Source: Octopus vulgaris
Taxonomy: Eukaryota
Direction: 5' to 3'
NCBI GenBank assembly: GCA_951406725.2
Contig: OX597814.1
Span: 92,814,001 to 92,878,000, forward strand
DNA: 64,000 nucleotides
Both the position numbers and the translations under genes were made by a program. Under the pieces are notes generated by a model. It saw nothing but the letters and a program-made list of their open reading frames with translations, made no database searches and was not told the DNA's origin. Shown here in pieces: positions 62,601 to 64,000 of this stretch (position 1 is its first letter; the number at the start of each line of letters is the position of its first letter).

Positions 62601-62752
62601 AGAGTTCTTGAAGTGGAAAACTATTCTGAGCACATTAGTATCAAAAACACATTTGAAAATAAATAAATGAACTACATACATTTTCGATCAAAATGTGAGG
62701 ATATTACTCTTTCAGAAGAATCCTTTTGTTCTGCTAACTTAGTCTCAATTGC
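34968..62752 (-). CDS. TXNDC16: Thioredoxin domain-containing protein 16 (TXNDC16/ERp90)-like, 5'-partial; complement(join(34968..35032,36608..36688,37693..37792,39916..40006,41369..41526,43031..43172,46373..46457,57207..57334,58582..58831,59644..59793,62680..62752))
   Basis: 11 GT-AG exons with consistent phases, giving 1323 nt or 440 aa plus TGA. Collinear with recalled TXNDC16 motifs: HDEVTEVVF~DDEVAETVF, LTEET, VDC-x6-C...PTIK...YTGVL~INC...FPIIK...YAGML, ILGLFP~VLGLFS, QPLVILF~KPLLILF, TWIN~CWLN. Ends in KEEL. Confidence 0.82.
36608..36688 (-). CDS. TXNDC16: TXNDC16-like exon (KMQHAEMGLP...FQFT)
   Basis: aatcag acceptor, gtgagt donor; phase 1 to 1. Confidence 0.72.
37693..37792 (-). CDS. 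TXNDC16: TXNDC16-like exon (NTVYNYED...VRKWFDEL)
   Basis: ttatag acceptor, gtaagt donor. Confidence 0.8.
39080..39420 (+). mobile_element. tRNA-derived SINE, family C
   Basis: TGGCTCAGTGGTTA / AGTTCAATTCC head and CTTGAGCAAGACACTTTATTTC body; copies at 405-650(-), 28682-29015(-), 37218-37465(+). Confidence 0.78.
39916..40006 (-). CDS. TXNDC16: TXNDC16-like exon (TALNNFGTELLETYF...PALSVVYFSE)
   Basis: aattag acceptor, gtatgt donor. Confidence 0.82.
40129..40566 (+). mobile_element. tRNA-derived SINE, family A (full length, internal (TA)n)
   Basis: A-box-like TGGCTGTGTG and B-box-like GGTTCAGTCCC head; 3' GGCGGTGCTCCAACATAGCCACAGTCAAAATGACTGAAAC; many copies in the window. Confidence 0.8.
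41369..41526 (-). CDS. TXNDC16: TXNDC16-like exon (MELFPDILP...QPLVILF...FTWIN)
   Basis: tttcag acceptor, gtaagt donor. Confidence 0.83.
43031..43172 (-). CDS. TXNDC16: TXNDC16-like exon (GHLQQVAVPSVL...KSHF)
   Basis: tggcag acceptor, gtaagt donor. Confidence 0.8.
46373..46457 (-). CDS. TXNDC16: TXNDC16-like exon (IKKFYKVAKAEKG...)
   Basis: tgacag acceptor, gtaaga donor; phase 1 to 2 bridges the flanking exons. Confidence 0.78.
47461..49409 (-). repeat. 3' pseudo-LTR of the Naiad-type element (~1.95 kb)
   Basis: By eye identical to 53064-55005 except for homopolymer and (TAA)n lengths. Confidence 0.92.
47661..47770 (-). ncRNA. Type I hammerhead ribozyme motif with extended stem II (3' pLTR copy)
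   Basis: Minus strand reads TCT-CTGAAGA-GGC[long hairpin]GCC-GAAAC-AGCT-GTC-AGT; intact CUGANGA, GAAA and GUH core; palindromic stem-III loop. Confidence 0.8.
49907..52769 (-). CDS. Penelope-like (Naiad-type) reverse transcriptase + C-terminal GIY-YIG endonuclease, ~950 aa, interrupted by two 1-nt frameshifts
   Basis: N-terminal SMKDVPIP...RIRWR; RT motifs KDHKENF, RLICPTKSDLG, FDIQNYYTSI, FDITMGS.DSAEV.DLVG, GLYRDD, YLDV, SSNHP; linker CNFR-x4-C-x5-C; VVY...VYIGAT...R...H; terminal CSLC..E...CIH. Three ORF-track pieces (51369-52769, 51184-51369, 49907-51100) join if one C is restored in each of two C5 runs. Confidence 0.9.
53064..55005 (-). repeat. 5' pseudo-LTR of the Naiad-type element (~1.94 kb)
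   Basis: Direct repeat of 47461-49409 (offset 5603 at the left end). Confidence 0.92.
53264..53373 (-). ncRNA. Type I hammerhead ribozyme motif with extended stem II (5' pLTR copy)
   Basis: Identical to 47661-47770. Confidence 0.8.
55370..55480 (-). ncRNA. Hammerhead ribozyme motif, sister subfamily
   Basis: TCT-CTGAAGA-GGC...GCT-GAAAC-AGCT-GTC-AGA; stem I TCT/AGA; stem II closed by G-U. Confidence 0.75.
55736..55846 (+). ncRNA. Hammerhead ribozyme motif, inverted copy of the sister subfamily
   Basis: TCT-CTGAAGA-GGC...GCC-GAAAC-AGCT-GTC-AGA read directly on + strand. Confidence 0.8.
57207..57334 (-). CDS. TXNDC16: TXNDC16-like exon (HSLEDVIQ...CILGLFPEQST)
   Basis: tttcag acceptor, gtaaga donor. 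Confidence 0.83.
58582..58831 (-). CDS. TXNDC16: TXNDC16-like exon (DPVGIAF...VDCLHLDEEC...PTIK...YTGVL)
   Basis: tgacag acceptor, gtaatt donor; thioredoxin fold with cis-Pro region and no CXXC. Confidence 0.87.
59345..59626. repeat. Compound (GAT/GGT/GAC/GAG)n trinucleotide microsatellite
   Basis: Seen directly; extends from the (GAT)n tail of a retroposon; similar tract at 45144-45297. Confidence 0.9.
59644..59793 (-). CDS. TXNDC16: TXNDC16-like exon (SVDHDEVTEVVF...LTEETL...LIVFLSK)
   Basis: ctttcag acceptor, gtaaat donor; start of a Trx-like domain. Confidence 0.85.
59900..60300 (-). mobile_element. SINE family A copy
   Basis: Reverse complement of the 40129-40566 family. Confidence 0.8.
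60680..61070 (-). mobile_element. 3' end of a CR1/L2-group LINE (second fragment at ~63650-63852)
   Basis: Minus-strand peptide ...YCNSLGFRGLQLFNILPKCLRDL...FKTKLDLFLSGVPDEP is typical of the CR1-group RT C-terminus. Confidence 0.7.
61500..61728 (-). mobile_element. piggyBac-like MITE copy
   Basis: TTAACCCTTTAGCATT...AACACTAAAGGGTTAA. Confidence 0.75.
62680..62752 (-). CDS. TXNDC16: TXNDC16-like exon (AIETKLAEQK...FDRK)
   Basis: tttcag acceptor, gtatgt donor; phase fits the next exon but homology is weak. Confidence 0.6.
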
Positions 62753-63150
62753 CTGAAAGTATTTGTAAAGAAAATAAACATTTATACAAAAACAAAATTA
62801 TAAAAAATAACGACACACATACATATGTATGCCATATCACAACTCCTTAATGGCATTTGCTAGTGAGTGTCATCATAACATACAGCTTGTCTTGGGATGT
62901 CAGAGCCCATCCCTCTCCGGGACTGACCACAATTGATTTATTCTAGAAGGAGAGATAGACAGAAAGAGTTCAAGAAAGAACAGCATTGACCTCAGTACAG
63001 GGCTAGTATTTTATTCATTGACACCAAAAGAATTAAAGGCAAGGTTGGCCTCAGCAAGATTTAAACTTAAAGCACAAAGCATCAGAATAAATGCTGCAAA
63101 CCAATTTATATGACATCTCTATCAATTGAGATTTATATATATATATATAT

Positions 63151-63613
63151 AATTATGTGAAATAGAAAGATGAATAATCTTGTAGTAGATTAATCAAAAG
63201 TTTAACCGATACCTTAGTAGCAAAAATCACAGCAGTAAACAGCACGGTTGGAGGTACAACCATATGGTGTTGCAACCGTGCGTTGGTGCGGATAATTGAA
63301 ATTAAAATATTATTGGTGAATTGAAGAAATGGAGCTGAACGCAGATTGAACAGAAATCGTTTTATTTCATTCTCCACGTGTTTCGCCATGGGCTCTTAGG
63401 AGTCTAGTTCGATTTGTTTTTGCTCTGCCTCTGTTCTGTTTTTGTTTTTTCCAACGGATTTCCTATTTTCTTCCTGAAGAGAAAGACACAATATGGTCCC
63501 ATTATTCAATCGGATTTTGGTAAATTGTGCCTTTCGAAACACGTATAGAATGAAATAAAACGATTTCTGTTCAATCTGCGTTCAGCTCCATTTCTTCAAT
63601 TCACCAATAATAT
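63151..63613. mobile_element. Probable PLE pLTR remnant with ~79-bp inverted repeat and two degenerate hammerhead-like motifs
   Basis: (TA)n on both sides; arms 63307-63385 and 63535-63613; + strand TTC-CTGAAGA-GAAAG...CTTTC-GAAAC-ACGT-ATA-GAA (63471-63550); - strand CTC-CTAAGA-GCC-CAT-GGC-GAAAC-ACGT-GGA-GAA (63369-63402). Confidence 0.6.
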
Positions 63614-64000
63614 ATATATATGATTGATTGATTGATTGATTGATTGATTCCAGTTCCAGCCTATGAGCTGTGGCCATGCTGGGGCACCGCCATTTGGTGT
63701 TGCTACTTGGTTTCACTTCATGGAGGCTTTCTAGCAACTGCTATTTGGTGCATGAGAGAGTTCGATGCAGCTGCCCTCATCTGCCCCTCCTGCCGTGAAG
63801 TTGGTTCATCTGGGACACCTGACAGGAAGAGATCCAGCTTCATTTTAAAGACATCTGTATATATATATATAATTATTATTATTATTTGAGGGAAAAGGAA
63901 AAAGGATTCAATTTAGAAATACTAAATCAAATTCCACACAATATAATATATATATAAAATATTAGAAAAAAACCACCTTTTATCAATTCAAAATGAATAA

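Overview
Eukaryotic, AT-rich and repeat-dense genomic DNA. The SINE, MITE and microsatellite landscape suggests an octopus or other coleoid cephalopod (inference). It holds the 3' parts of two convergent spliced genes. An FBXO38 orthologue lies on + (13 phase-consistent GT-AG exons, 6057-27972, F-box exon upstream of the window). A TXNDC16/ERp90-like thioredoxin-fold ER protein lies on - (11 exons, 62752-34968, ending in KEEL). The main feature is an ~8.6 kb Penelope-like element complex (47457-56030) inside a TXNDC16 intron, in sense orientation. It includes a very young Naiad-type element (RT + GIY-YIG) between ~1.95 kb near-identical pseudo-LTRs, an adjacent diverged sister fragment with a 348-bp inverted repeat, and four hammerhead ribozyme motifs whose stem II is extended to a hairpin of roughly 85 nt. 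Two further Penelope-like remnants with hammerhead-like motifs occur at ~25.5-27 kb and ~63.2-63.6 kb. Also present: a DD41D-like Tc1/mariner relic, piggyBac-like TTAA MITEs (one folded into a 340-bp palindrome), several SINE families including a six-copy tandem array, and LINE fragments. All family assignments come from recalled motifs, not database searches.
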